Shown here one piece after another: positions 26,255 through 35,087 of a DNA stretch of 64,000 nucleotides; positions within the stretch are counted from its first letter, which is position 1; each line of letters begins with the position of its first letter. The notes under the pieces were generated by a model, which did not search any database, had not been told where the DNA came from, and was given only the letters and a program-made list of their open reading frames with translations. A program made the translations under genes and the position numbers. Origin of the DNA: an uncultured virus (IMG/VR IMGVR_UViG_3300023108_000017) (lineage: Duplodnaviria > Heunggongvirae > Uroviricota > Caudoviricetes); IMG/VR virus record IMGVR_UViG_3300023108_000017; one strand, given 5' to 3'.

Positions 26255-27727
26255 GTGAACTCAAATAAATTATTAGATATCGGTTCGGAAAGAGCCGTGC
26301 TGGCAGGACTTATGCAATACGGAGTAGACGTATATGTTCGCATATCCGACCTTGTTACTTCAGAAAGCTTTGTAAATACAAATAATCAAGCTATATACAA
26401 ATGCTTAGAAGATATTATTTTAGAAGAAAAATCTGTAGACATAGCTTCTTTATTAGCCTCCGCAGAAAAGCTGAATTTAATTGAAACCATCAGCACAAAG
26501 CAAGAAATTAAATACATCAAATCGCTTTTTGATTTTCCCGTCAATCAGGATAACATCATTAAGTTTGCCGCACAATTAAAGAAATTTGAGTTCGCCAGAA
26601 AAATAAAAAATCTATCACTAAAAGTACATAAAGACATAGATAGAATTGATGGCTCTGAAACAATAGATGAAATTATTGGGGTGCTTGAGAATCCAGTAAC
26701 CGACTTCTTGAGAGAAGATAGCGGCAGCGAAAACCCAGAAAAAATAGGCGAAGGCGTAGAAGATTATGTACAATTTTTATCAGAAAATAAATGCGATATC
26801 ATTGGTATACCAACGGGATTCTCTCGATATGACGAAGCCATTGGCGGTGGTCTTAGACGAAAATGCGTTGACCTTGTATCTGCAAGACCAAAAGTTGGTA
26901 AATCAGTATTCGCTGATAATGTTGCCCTTAATGTATCTTCATTAGGTATTCCCGTTCTGGTGTTGGACACAGAAATGTCTAAAGAAGATCATTTGAATCG
27001 ACTGTTAGCAAATATTAGTGGCGTTACAATTAATGAAATAGCAACTGGTAAATTCGTTGACGATGAAGAGAAACTAACTAAAGTAAACGAAAGTGTAGAA
27101 AAGCTTAACAGTGTGCCATATAGCTACATTAGCGTTGCTGGCAAGCCGTTTGAGGGCATTTTGAATTTAATCAAACGTTGGATAGTTCAGGAAGTTAAAA
27201 CAGACGAGAGCGGCAAAACAAATGAATGTCTCATCATATATGATTACCTCAAGCTGATGTCGTCCTCATCTATCACAAACAATATTCAGGAATATCAAGC
27301 ATTAGGATTCCAAATTACCTCTTTGCATAATTTATGCGTTAAGCTAGACATACCTTGTCTATCCTTTGTGCAATTGAATCGTGACGGCATTACCAAAGAA
27401 AGTACTGATGCCGTTAGTGGATCAGATCGTTTAATTTGGCTGTGTACTTCTTTTAGTATCTTTAAAGCAAAATCTCCAGAAGAACTTGCGGAAGATGGTC
27501 CAAACGCTGGTAATAGAAAACTAGTACCCATTGTCTCTAGACATGGAGCTGGCCTAGACGATGGAGACTATATAAATATGCAAATGGTTGGGTCTCACGC
27601 AAAGCTGATAGAATTAAAAACTCGCAACGAGTTTAAAAATCAGCCAATAGGAGATACTGGTCTAATAGATGCAGACAAGATAGGAAATATTGACTTAAAT
27701 GATGAACCTGAAGAAGATCAAGAATAA
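26255..27727 (+). CDS. dnaB: replicative DNA helicase
   Basis: ERAVLAGL, GIPTGF, ARPKVGKS, DTEMS, IIYDYLKLM, QLNR, SGSD and SRHG. Confidence 0.95.
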   Translation: MNSNKLLDIGSERAVLAGLMQYGVDVYVRISDLVTSESFVNTNNQAIYKCLEDIILEEKSVDIASLLASAEKLNLIETISTKQEIKYIKSLFDFPVNQDNIIKFAAQLKKFEFARKIKNLSLKVHKDIDRIDGSETIDEIIGVLENPVTDFLREDSGSENPEKIGEGVEDYVQFLSENKCDIIGIPTGFSRYDEAIGGGLRRKCVDLVSARPKVGKSVFADNVALNVSSLGIPVLVLDTEMSKEDHLNRLLANISGVTINEIATGKFVDDEEKLTKVNESVEKLNSVPYSYISVAGKPFEGILNLIKRWIVQEVKTDESGKTNECLIIYDYLKLMSSSSITNNIQEYQALGFQITSLHNLCVKLDIPCLSFVQLNRDGITKESTDAVSGSDRLIWLCTSFSIFKAKSPEELAEDGPNAGNRKLVPIVSRHGAGLDDGDYINMQMVGSHAKLIELKTRNEFKNQPIGDTGLIDADKIGNIDLNDEPEEDQE

Positions 27728-28733
27728 ACTAAACAAAGAGATAGAACAAGTTCTTACTAAATTGGAAATAAAGTATGAGCTTTTCTCTGATAATATATAC
27801 TCAACCTGTCCGGTTCATGAAAACAGTGATAATCCAAGGGCGTTCTCTTTTTCTGTTGATAAAGGTATATGGAAGTGCTGGACTAGAGATTGTCAACACG
27901 AATATAAAAACGACGTATTTGGTTTAATACAAGGAGCATTATCATTACAGGCTGGCAAAGAGGTTTCATTTAAAGAAGTAATGTCTTGGGTGTCTTCTAA
28001 TTTTAACACCGGTCGCCTGTACAGTTTTAACACTACAAATCCAGAGCAAGACGAAGAAGTAGAACCTTCTGTTTACGAATTGCTAGAAATACTCAAAAAG
28101 CAAGACGACAAGTCAGAAGATAAAGCGCTAGATTACAAATTCGAAGTACAGCTGCCATCAAATTATTTTTATAACAGAGCTTTTAAAAAATCAACCCTAA
28201 GATATTTTGGAGTGGGAGATTGTGATACAGAAAGTATAATGAAAGACAGAGCTGTAATACCAATTCACAATGACGATGGCAGCAAAATAGTCGGATATAT
28301 AGGAAGATCTACCAAAGAATATAAGATTCCTAAATTTTTGTTATACCCAAAAGGGTTTGAGAAAAGGCAGTATCTATATAATTATCATAGGGCAAAAAAA
28401 GAAGCAAACGCACTGTCCAGCATCTACTTATTAGAGGGACAAGGAGACGTTTGGAAAATGTACGAAGCGGGTGCTAAAAACGCAGTGAGTATATTTGGTA
28501 AAACCCTTTCTGACCAACAGGAAAAAAAACTCAGAAAATTAGCCGTTACAAATATCATTGTTTTAATGGACAACGACCAAGCTGGCAAAGAAGCGAGAAT
28601 ACAAATACAAAGACAGCTGGGAAGAATGTACTCATTAACATTTCCTCAATTAACAAGAAAAGACGTTGGAGAAATGAATCCTAAAGAAATTAAAGAGCAA
28701 ATATTAGAAATCAACAAAGGAATTAAAAGATGA
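27699..28733 (+). CDS. dnaG: DNA primase (Zn-binding plus TOPRIM)
   Basis: CPVH...WKCWTRDC, RAVIPIHN, GYIGR, LLEGQGD, MDNDQAG and KDVGE. Confidence 0.92.
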   Translation: MMNLKKIKNKLNKEIEQVLTKLEIKYELFSDNIYSTCPVHENSDNPRAFSFSVDKGIWKCWTRDCQHEYKNDVFGLIQGALSLQAGKEVSFKEVMSWVSSNFNTGRLYSFNTTNPEQDEEVEPSVYELLEILKKQDDKSEDKALDYKFEVQLPSNYFYNRAFKKSTLRYFGVGDCDTESIMKDRAVIPIHNDDGSKIVGYIGRSTKEYKIPKFLLYPKGFEKRQYLYNYHRAKKEANALSSIYLLEGQGDVWKMYEAGAKNAVSIFGKTLSDQQEKKLRKLAVTNIIVLMDNDQAGKEARIQIQRQLGRMYSLTFPQLTRKDVGEMNPKEIKEQILEINKGIKR

Positions 28734-29434
28734 CAAAAATTATTGGCATATCTGGCAGAAAGCAGTCTGGGAAAAACACAGTAGCCAACATTATAAATGG
28801 AGATGTTTTGAAAGACTTGAAAATGATTCAAGACTATAGAGTTGGTAGCGATGGACAATTAAATATCTTAACCACCAATAGAGATAATGTTAGTGGCTGG
28901 GGAATATTAGATCTATTAAGGCGAGATAAAGATTTTGTTTCTTACGCCGAGTATAACATTTGGCCATACATCAAAATACATCACTTTGCGGATTACCTTA
29001 AAATGATTTGCATAGATCTTTTTGACTTTGAGCCTAAACAAGCCTATGGCACTGACGAAGATAAAAATACCTATACAAAATACGGCATGACGGCAAGAGA
29101 ATTTTTACAACATTTTGGAACAAATGTTATGCGAGAAATTAAAGACACCGTGTGGCTAGACAGAACTATGAAAACCATTGAGGAAGAGCAATCTGTCATT
29201 GCTGTAATACCAGATGTGAGATTTCCAAATGAAGTACACGCAATTAAAGATGCTGGAGGTTTCGTCATAAGGCTTACGAGAGACACCACCCATAGCACTC
29301 ACCAGTGTGAGTCAGCGTTGAATCAAGACGTTTTTGACTGGGATATTTTTGACTACATTATTGACAATCAAGAATATAACATATCAGAACTACAAGAACA
29401 GACATTACTCATGAATCATATCTGGAGAAATTAA
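28730..29434 (+). CDS. deoxynucleoside monophosphate kinase
   Basis: IIGISGRKQSGKNT, FADYLK, REFLQHFGT, IPDVRFPNE and H.CE. Confidence 0.9.
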   Translation: MTKIIGISGRKQSGKNTVANIINGDVLKDLKMIQDYRVGSDGQLNILTTNRDNVSGWGILDLLRRDKDFVSYAEYNIWPYIKIHHFADYLKMICIDLFDFEPKQAYGTDEDKNTYTKYGMTAREFLQHFGTNVMREIKDTVWLDRTMKTIEEEQSVIAVIPDVRFPNEVHAIKDAGGFVIRLTRDTTHSTHQCESALNQDVFDWDIFDYIIDNQEYNISELQEQTLLMNHIWRN

Positions 29435-30459
29435 TGCTAATTACATACGTAAGATCATCGAGTTACAACAACTACGCTTACTGTCAAATGCAGTACTTTA
29501 TCACATATGTTTTAGGGCATCAGTCTGTAAGTGGAAAAAAGGCTGAACTAGGAACAATTGTTCACAAAGTTATGGAGTGTTTAGCTGGACTAAAAAAAGC
29601 TGATCAAGATTCAAGCTCCAGAGTAAAGTACTTAAAAATAAAAGACGACGCGCTAAAAGAAGTAAAATGCAAGCGTGTAGATTTAATGTCTGAAGAATTA
29701 ATTGACACACTTTTAGATGCAAGTTTTAAATTTTATACTGGAACATCTGTACACTCTTGGGACATGTCCGATAAACACATGTGCCACAACTTAATATGGA
29801 AAACTTTAAAATATAATGCTGGGCAATTTGATCCGAGAAAGAGAGACGTTCTTGAACCAGAACCCCATTTTGACATACCAATTGAAGAAGATTGGGCTAA
29901 GTTTGAATATAAAATGCCAGACGGAAAAACGGTAAAAGGTCAACTTGCGATTAAGGGTACGATAGACTTAGTTACCAAGGTTGACGACGAAACAATAGAA
30001 GTAATAGACTGGAAAACGGGAAGGCGGCTAGACTGGGCTACGGGAGAAGAAAAGACATATGAAAAACTATGCTCAGACCCCCAGCTTTTATTGTACAACT
30101 ATGCCATATCCAAGCTTTTCCCCGAATATAAACAAGCCATTATGTCAATATTCTTTATTAAAGACGGTGGCCCATTCTCTATGTGCTTCGATGAGTCTGA
30201 CCAGAAGAAATTCCTGAATATGCTCAAAAGTAGATTTCAAGAAATACAGAAAAATGATGCGCCAAAACCCATTTCTGCCGATAGAAGTAACTGGAAATGC
30301 ACCAAATTGTGTCATTTTTGTAAAAACAATTGGAAAGACTCAGGCCAAAATATGTGTATGTATATAGAGAACCATCTGCAAAAACACGGAATGGAAAAAA
30401 CCATTGCTAATTGCACCAGAGAAGGTTTTGACATAGGTTTTTACGAAGCTCCCGGCTAA
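29434..30459 (+). CDS. Cas4/RecB-like PD-(D/E)xK exonuclease with probable Fe-S cluster
   Basis: N-terminal Cys, GTIVH, GTIDLV...IDWKTG, QLLLY and C-terminal CTKLCHFC. Confidence 0.88.
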   Translation: MLITYVRSSSYNNYAYCQMQYFITYVLGHQSVSGKKAELGTIVHKVMECLAGLKKADQDSSSRVKYLKIKDDALKEVKCKRVDLMSEELIDTLLDASFKFYTGTSVHSWDMSDKHMCHNLIWKTLKYNAGQFDPRKRDVLEPEPHFDIPIEEDWAKFEYKMPDGKTVKGQLAIKGTIDLVTKVDDETIEVIDWKTGRRLDWATGEEKTYEKLCSDPQLLLYNYAISKLFPEYKQAIMSIFFIKDGGPFSMCFDESDQKKFLNMLKSRFQEIQKNDAPKPISADRSNWKCTKLCHFCKNNWKDSGQNMCMYIENHLQKHGMEKTIANCTREGFDIGFYEAPG

Positions 30460-30473
30460 GAAAAGAGGAATAT

Positions 30474-31349
30474 ATGGACAAAAAACTAACTATTGGAATG
30501 GCCACATATGATGATTACCACGGCGTGTACTTTAGCATACAATCATTATTGCTATATCACAAAATTGCCAGAGAACCCACAACAGAAATAATCATTATTG
30601 ATAACAATCCATCAGGAAGGCATGGAAAACAGCTACAATCTGTTGTAGGAGGCTGGCTAAAGGACAAGGTAAAGTATATACCATATACTGAAAAAACGAC
30701 AACAGCATCCAGAAATCAAATCTTTAAAAACGCACAAGGCAAATATTGCATCTCAATGGATTGCCATGTATTGTTTCCCATTGGTAGTATAGATGCTTTA
30801 ATGAATTATTATGAGAAAAATCCAGATTGCAAAAACATTGTATCTGGACCCATGATGTATGATAATCATGTAGGTTTTTCCACGCATTTTAAGCCAACTT
30901 GGGGTGGAGACATGTATGGACAGTGGGCAAAGGACGAAGAGGGCATGAAGTCGGGAAAGCCCTTTGAGATTCCTATGATGGGTCTTGGAACTTTTTCATG
31001 TGAAACAAAAAACTGGCTAGGTTTCAATAATGAATTCAGAGGATTCGGAGGAGAAGAGGGATATATACATGAAAAATTTAGGCAAAATGGAGGCAAGGCA
31101 ATATGCTTGCCTGAGTTTAAATGGCTACATAGATTTGGAAGGCCCGATGGAGTTCCTTATAAACTGTCTTTAGAAGATAGGATATGGAATTATTTCTTGG
31201 GCTGGATGGAGCTTAAACAAGATCCAGAACACCCCATGATTAAAGAAATATATGAATATTTTAAGACTAGAATACCTGAAAGAAGATTAAACATGATACT
31301 AAAACAGGCTATAAAAACCAATGGAGAACAAAATGCCAATTCCAAATAA
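30474..31349 (+). CDS. GT-A (GT2-like) glycosyltransferase
   Basis: LTIGMATYD, IIIIDN, RN, ISMDCH and GFGGEE. Confidence 0.85.
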   Translation: MDKKLTIGMATYDDYHGVYFSIQSLLLYHKIAREPTTEIIIIDNNPSGRHGKQLQSVVGGWLKDKVKYIPYTEKTTTASRNQIFKNAQGKYCISMDCHVLFPIGSIDALMNYYEKNPDCKNIVSGPMMYDNHVGFSTHFKPTWGGDMYGQWAKDEEGMKSGKPFEIPMMGLGTFSCETKNWLGFNNEFRGFGGEEGYIHEKFRQNGGKAICLPEFKWLHRFGRPDGVPYKLSLEDRIWNYFLGWMELKQDPEHPMIKEIYEYFKTRIPERRLNMILKQAIKTNGEQNANSK

Positions 31350-31968
31350 AAAAAATGGAGAAGAAAGAAACGAGTTTTTGTCTAGGTGCATGAGCGACGA
31401 AACAATGAAAAAAGAATATGCACCAAAACAAAGAACTTCTATATGCTTAAGCAAAGCGTCAGAAGATTTAAACATGGTTGCTCAGGCTGATTTTGAGCTT
31501 TACTTCAATGAATATGGATACGAAGAAGAAATTACAAAAGAAAATTTCTACATACCGTCAGAGGCTGACTATGAAGAATTTGGAGAAGAAGTAGAAGAAT
31601 ACGACGCTGCCTCCCTTTGGGAAAATATTCGCAAAAAGAAAGAACGTGAAGGCAAAAACTACAAGCCAGCCAAGAAGGGCGATAAAGATAGACCTGACCC
31701 AGAAGCTTGGAAAAAAGCTCAGTCGGTAGAATATCAAGGTCGCAAAGTAAAACTAAATAAGCCATTTAGAACCCCGGACGGACCAAAGAAAATGAGTGTG
31801 TACGTCAAGAACGACAAAGGTAATGTAGTTAAAGTAAACTTTGGTGATCCTAATATGGAAATCAAGAAGGATAATCCGGCTAGACGAAAAAGTTTTCGCG
31901 CTAGACACAACTGTGACAATCCGGGTCCAAAATGGAAAGCTCGTTATTGGTCGTGTCGCGCTTGGTGA
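31333..31968 (+). CDS. modular basic phage protein (DUF6321-like C-terminal domain)
   Basis: EYQGRKVKLNKPFRTPDGPKK..VYVKN...VKVNFGDPNMEIK.DNPARRKSFRARHNC...ARYWSC; GGAG RBS before ATG 31333. Confidence 0.75.
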   Translation: MPIPNKKNGEERNEFLSRCMSDETMKKEYAPKQRTSICLSKASEDLNMVAQADFELYFNEYGYEEEITKENFYIPSEADYEEFGEEVEEYDAASLWENIRKKKEREGKNYKPAKKGDKDRPDPEAWKKAQSVEYQGRKVKLNKPFRTPDGPKKMSVYVKNDKGNVVKVNFGDPNMEIKKDNPARRKSFRARHNCDNPGPKWKARYWSCRAW

Positions 31969-31971
31969 TAT

Positions 31972-32220
31972 ATGACTCTAACAAAAAAATGGAAAGAACA
32001 TCTTTCTAAAAATAACATGACCTACTGTGAACACTTTGTGTTTGCGGTTGGTCATGGCCTTGGATGTATTAGGGCCGGAATTTATTTATGCATACATGGA
32101 ATATTGCCATGTTTTTACAGACATGCTGGCAGTAAGCTGGTTCATAAGTTGGAAATTGATTTTGTTGACCATGAAGAAGAAATTAAAAATGGCAAAATTA
32201 ACCATAATACCAATGAGTAA
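31972..32220 (+). CDS. DUF6356-like protein
   Basis: HL..NNMTY.EHF.FA...IHGILP pattern. Confidence 0.65.
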   Translation: MTLTKKWKEHLSKNNMTYCEHFVFAVGHGLGCIRAGIYLCIHGILPCFYRHAGSKLVHKLEIDFVDHEEEIKNGKINHNTNE

Positions 32221-32275
32221 TGGTCCAAGGCTTAGTGATAAAGAACCTAAAAAGCAGCCCATGCCTCCAAAATAG

Positions 32276-32304
32276 TTGCGTAAGACGATTGTATGAGCTA
32301 TAAT
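32276..32304 (+). promoter_or_regulatory. sigma70-type promoter for the dnaE cluster
   Basis: TTGCGT-17 nt-TATAAT in the intergenic gap; AGGAG RBS downstream. Confidence 0.75.
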
Positions 32305-32340
32305 AGCTTAGTTGTACAAAAATTTGAGTGAGGAGATTGA

Positions 32341-33900
32341 ATGAATTGGTTCCCTTTGCGTAATTTTACACATTACAGTTTGCTAAAAGGATTCTCAAAA
32401 CCAACTGAACTTGCAAAGATTTGTGCTGATAATGATTATCCAGCATGTGGTATTGCAGATTACAAATCTATATCTGGTTGCGTATCATTTTTTCAGGCTT
32501 GCAAGAAAGTCGGCGTTAAGCCAATCCTTGGATGCTCCTTTGATAACACCACAGTCTTTGCTAGAAATAAAGATGGATGGTTTGACTTAATAGAAATTGT
32601 GTCATCTCTAGATGAAGATGGAAATGTTAATACAAAATTCTGTCAAGAGATTATGTCGAGAGACAATCTTATAGCTACAAGTAAAGATATTCAGCCAAGC
32701 TACTACGCTGAGTCTAAGCAGGCAGATCTGCATAGAGTATTATTATGTTCAGCGTTAAAGACCACGTTACCTAAAATACAAAAACAGCTTCGCAAGAACG
32801 AACTGGACAAAGCAGTATCGGAGTATTTTACACACGACGACAAGTGCATACAGCCCGCTGCGGTAACAAAAGAACTGCAACTTGTCTATGAGGTGTGTGA
32901 GGATTATGACATTCTCAGTCCACCCATGCTTCCTAAGTTCGATTGTCCAAACGGACTATCCGAAGAAGATTATCTAAAAGTTCTTGCTAGAGAAGGTTGG
33001 AAACGCCACCTTATTGATACTGGCAAAGTAAAGAAACCAGAAGACAAGCAGAAATATCTAGATAGATTCAATTCAGAACTACAAGTCATTAAAGATGCAA
33101 ATCTATTTGGTTATTTCCTCATTGTGCAGGATATAATCAGGCACGTAGAACATGACATGGGGTGCTTGGCTGGTCCGGGTAGAGGTTCTGCGGCTGGATG
33201 CTTGATATCATACTTAATTGGTATCACAAAGATTGACCCAGTAGAATACGACTTGCTGTTTGAAAGATTTTACAACGCTGGACGAAACACTGATGGTCAT
33301 GTATCTCTACCAGATATTGATATGGACGTTCCGGGTAAGAGGCGTGATGATGTTATAGATTATCTCAAGGACAAGTACGGCAAAGACCATGTGAGCCAAA
33401 TGATTACATTCGGTAGACTGCAAGGGCGAAGCGCAATAAAAGAAGTGCTGCGTATAAATGATGCGTGTTCTTTTGGCGAGATGAACGCTATAACAAAGAG
33501 TATACCAAACGAAGCAGATATTTCTGATCAACTTGCAGACATGGATGATGAAGATAGATCTATTATTCGTTGGTCATTATTGAATCGTGCTGACGAGTTG
33601 AGAGATTTTTGCCACATTCTGGAAAATGGAAAACTGGAAGGCGATTACGCGCAATATTTCCAGCAAGCTATAGACATTGAAGGAACTTTTAAAACACAAG
33701 GTAAACACGCCGCAGGCGTGGTCATATCGAAAGATCCGCTACATAAAGTATGTCCAATGGTTAAGCAGAAAGGATCGTCAGAAAAGATTGCAGGATTGGA
33801 AATGTCCGACTTAGAGGCTCTAGGTCATGTAAAATTTGACGTTCTAGGAATTAATCTCCTAGATAAACTAATGAAAATACAGGAGATAAAGAATGGCTAA
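32341..33900 (+). CDS. dnaE: DNA polymerase III alpha, N-terminal half (degenerate PHP, palm, thumb)
   Basis: YFLIVQD, GPGRGSAAGCL, LLFERF, PDIDMD, HAAGVVI and KFDVLG; stops shortly after the third catalytic Asp. Confidence 0.95.
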   Translation: MNWFPLRNFTHYSLLKGFSKPTELAKICADNDYPACGIADYKSISGCVSFFQACKKVGVKPILGCSFDNTTVFARNKDGWFDLIEIVSSLDEDGNVNTKFCQEIMSRDNLIATSKDIQPSYYAESKQADLHRVLLCSALKTTLPKIQKQLRKNELDKAVSEYFTHDDKCIQPAAVTKELQLVYEVCEDYDILSPPMLPKFDCPNGLSEEDYLKVLAREGWKRHLIDTGKVKKPEDKQKYLDRFNSELQVIKDANLFGYFLIVQDIIRHVEHDMGCLAGPGRGSAAGCLISYLIGITKIDPVEYDLLFERFYNAGRNTDGHVSLPDIDMDVPGKRRDDVIDYLKDKYGKDHVSQMITFGRLQGRSAIKEVLRINDACSFGEMNAITKSIPNEADISDQLADMDDEDRSIIRWSLLNRADELRDFCHILENGKLEGDYAQYFQQAIDIEGTFKTQGKHAAGVVISKDPLHKVCPMVKQKGSSEKIAGLEMSDLEALGHVKFDVLGINLLDKLMKIQEIKNG

Positions 33901-34573
33901 TAGGGATTATATTGTATTTGACTTTGAGACAGGATCTCGCAATCCTCATAAAACACAGCCGACGCAGATAGCGGCAGTAGCTCTTGACGGAAGAAGCTTA
34001 ACACTTAAGGGAACTTTTAATAGTGAAATTAAACCTATTCTTGATGACGATGAAGCAATTGCTGCTGGAATAGATCCAATTGAAGAAGGAGCATTAAAAG
34101 TCACTGGCAAAACCAGAGAGGGACTAGCTAAAGCACCAGCTTTAAAATCTGTTTGGAATAAGTTTACAAAGTTTGTTGATCAATACAACTGGAAGGGGGA
34201 ACCATTCTTTGCTCCGATACCTGTAGGATATAACATTATCGGCTTTGATATGATTATTATCAACAGGCTTTGCAAGCAATACGGCCAATGGGATAGTAAT
34301 CGTAGTCAACAAAAACTATTTAGCAAGGTTTACAAAGTAGATCTTATGGACAATGTGTTCTTGTGGACTGAGGGTGATCCTAGCGTTAAATCAATTAGCA
34401 TGGATTCTTTACGTGAACGTATGGGGCTGTCTTCAGAAAACGCTCACGACGCATTGCAAGACGTTAAGGACACTGCTAACATATTCATAAAGCTTCTGAA
34501 AACGCATAGGGCTGTTTACCAAAACATTGAATTTGAAAAGGCATTTGCTAATGGAAATCTCTATATTAAATAG
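33893..34573 (+). CDS. dnaQ: DEDDh 3'-5' exonuclease (DnaQ/epsilon-like)
   Basis: ExoI VFDFETG, ExoII GYNIIGFD and ExoIII AHDALQD. Confidence 0.9.
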   Translation: MANRDYIVFDFETGSRNPHKTQPTQIAAVALDGRSLTLKGTFNSEIKPILDDDEAIAAGIDPIEEGALKVTGKTREGLAKAPALKSVWNKFTKFVDQYNWKGEPFFAPIPVGYNIIGFDMIIINRLCKQYGQWDSNRSQQKLFSKVYKVDLMDNVFLWTEGDPSVKSISMDSLRERMGLSSENAHDALQDVKDTANIFIKLLKTHRAVYQNIEFEKAFANGNLYIK

Positions 34574-35087
34574 CTCATTGACACAAACAAAAAAGCAGTT
34601 ATTGATAAAGGAAGTTATCATACCTTATCATCCATCTTTTGCAGAAGCTGTTAATATCGAAAAAATTAATCCAGAATGGTTTGATGTTTCTCTTCTTTTA
34701 GAAGAGGCGATGTCACACGTTGGTGGGTACGAAAGAATAGACTGTCACCACATGGACTTTAGTGACGGAAGCGATTGTAAGTCTTCTACTATAAATAATA
34801 GAAAAAGAGGATTAGTTGATAGGGTTGTTTCGCACGGAGGAAAAGAAAAACGTGGAACCCTAAGAGTAGTTGTATACAACTCAATAAAACAAAATGTAAT
34901 GTATTACGCATTACCTAAGAAAGATTGGATTAAAATGGTAAGTATACACCCTACAAATAAACAGGGTTCAATAAGCTACGGCTACAAGACCGAAGAAGAT
35001 GCTATACCTAAATTTGAACAATTTAGATGTAAAACGTTTGAAGAGTTATGTTTAACTAAGAATCAAGAATATGATGATGGAATATAA
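34527..35087 (+). CDS. hypothetical protein, putative PD-(D/E)xK endonuclease
   Basis: LLEE...MDFSDGSDCKS resembles E...D-x5-DxK; true start uncertain. Confidence 0.5.
   Translation: MNLKRHLLMEISILNSSLTQTKKQLLIKEVIIPYHPSFAEAVNIEKINPEWFDVSLLLEEAMSHVGGYERIDCHHMDFSDGSDCKSSTINNRKRGLVDRVVSHGGKEKRGTLRVVVYNSIKQNVMYYALPKKDWIKMVSIHPTNKQGSISYGYKTEEDAIPKFEQFRCKTFEELCLTKNQEYDDGI

Noticed and set aside
29434..30459. CRISPR-Cas system suggested by the Cas4-like gene
   Set aside because: No repeat-spacer array or other cas gene; solo Cas4-like nucleases are common in phage replication modules.
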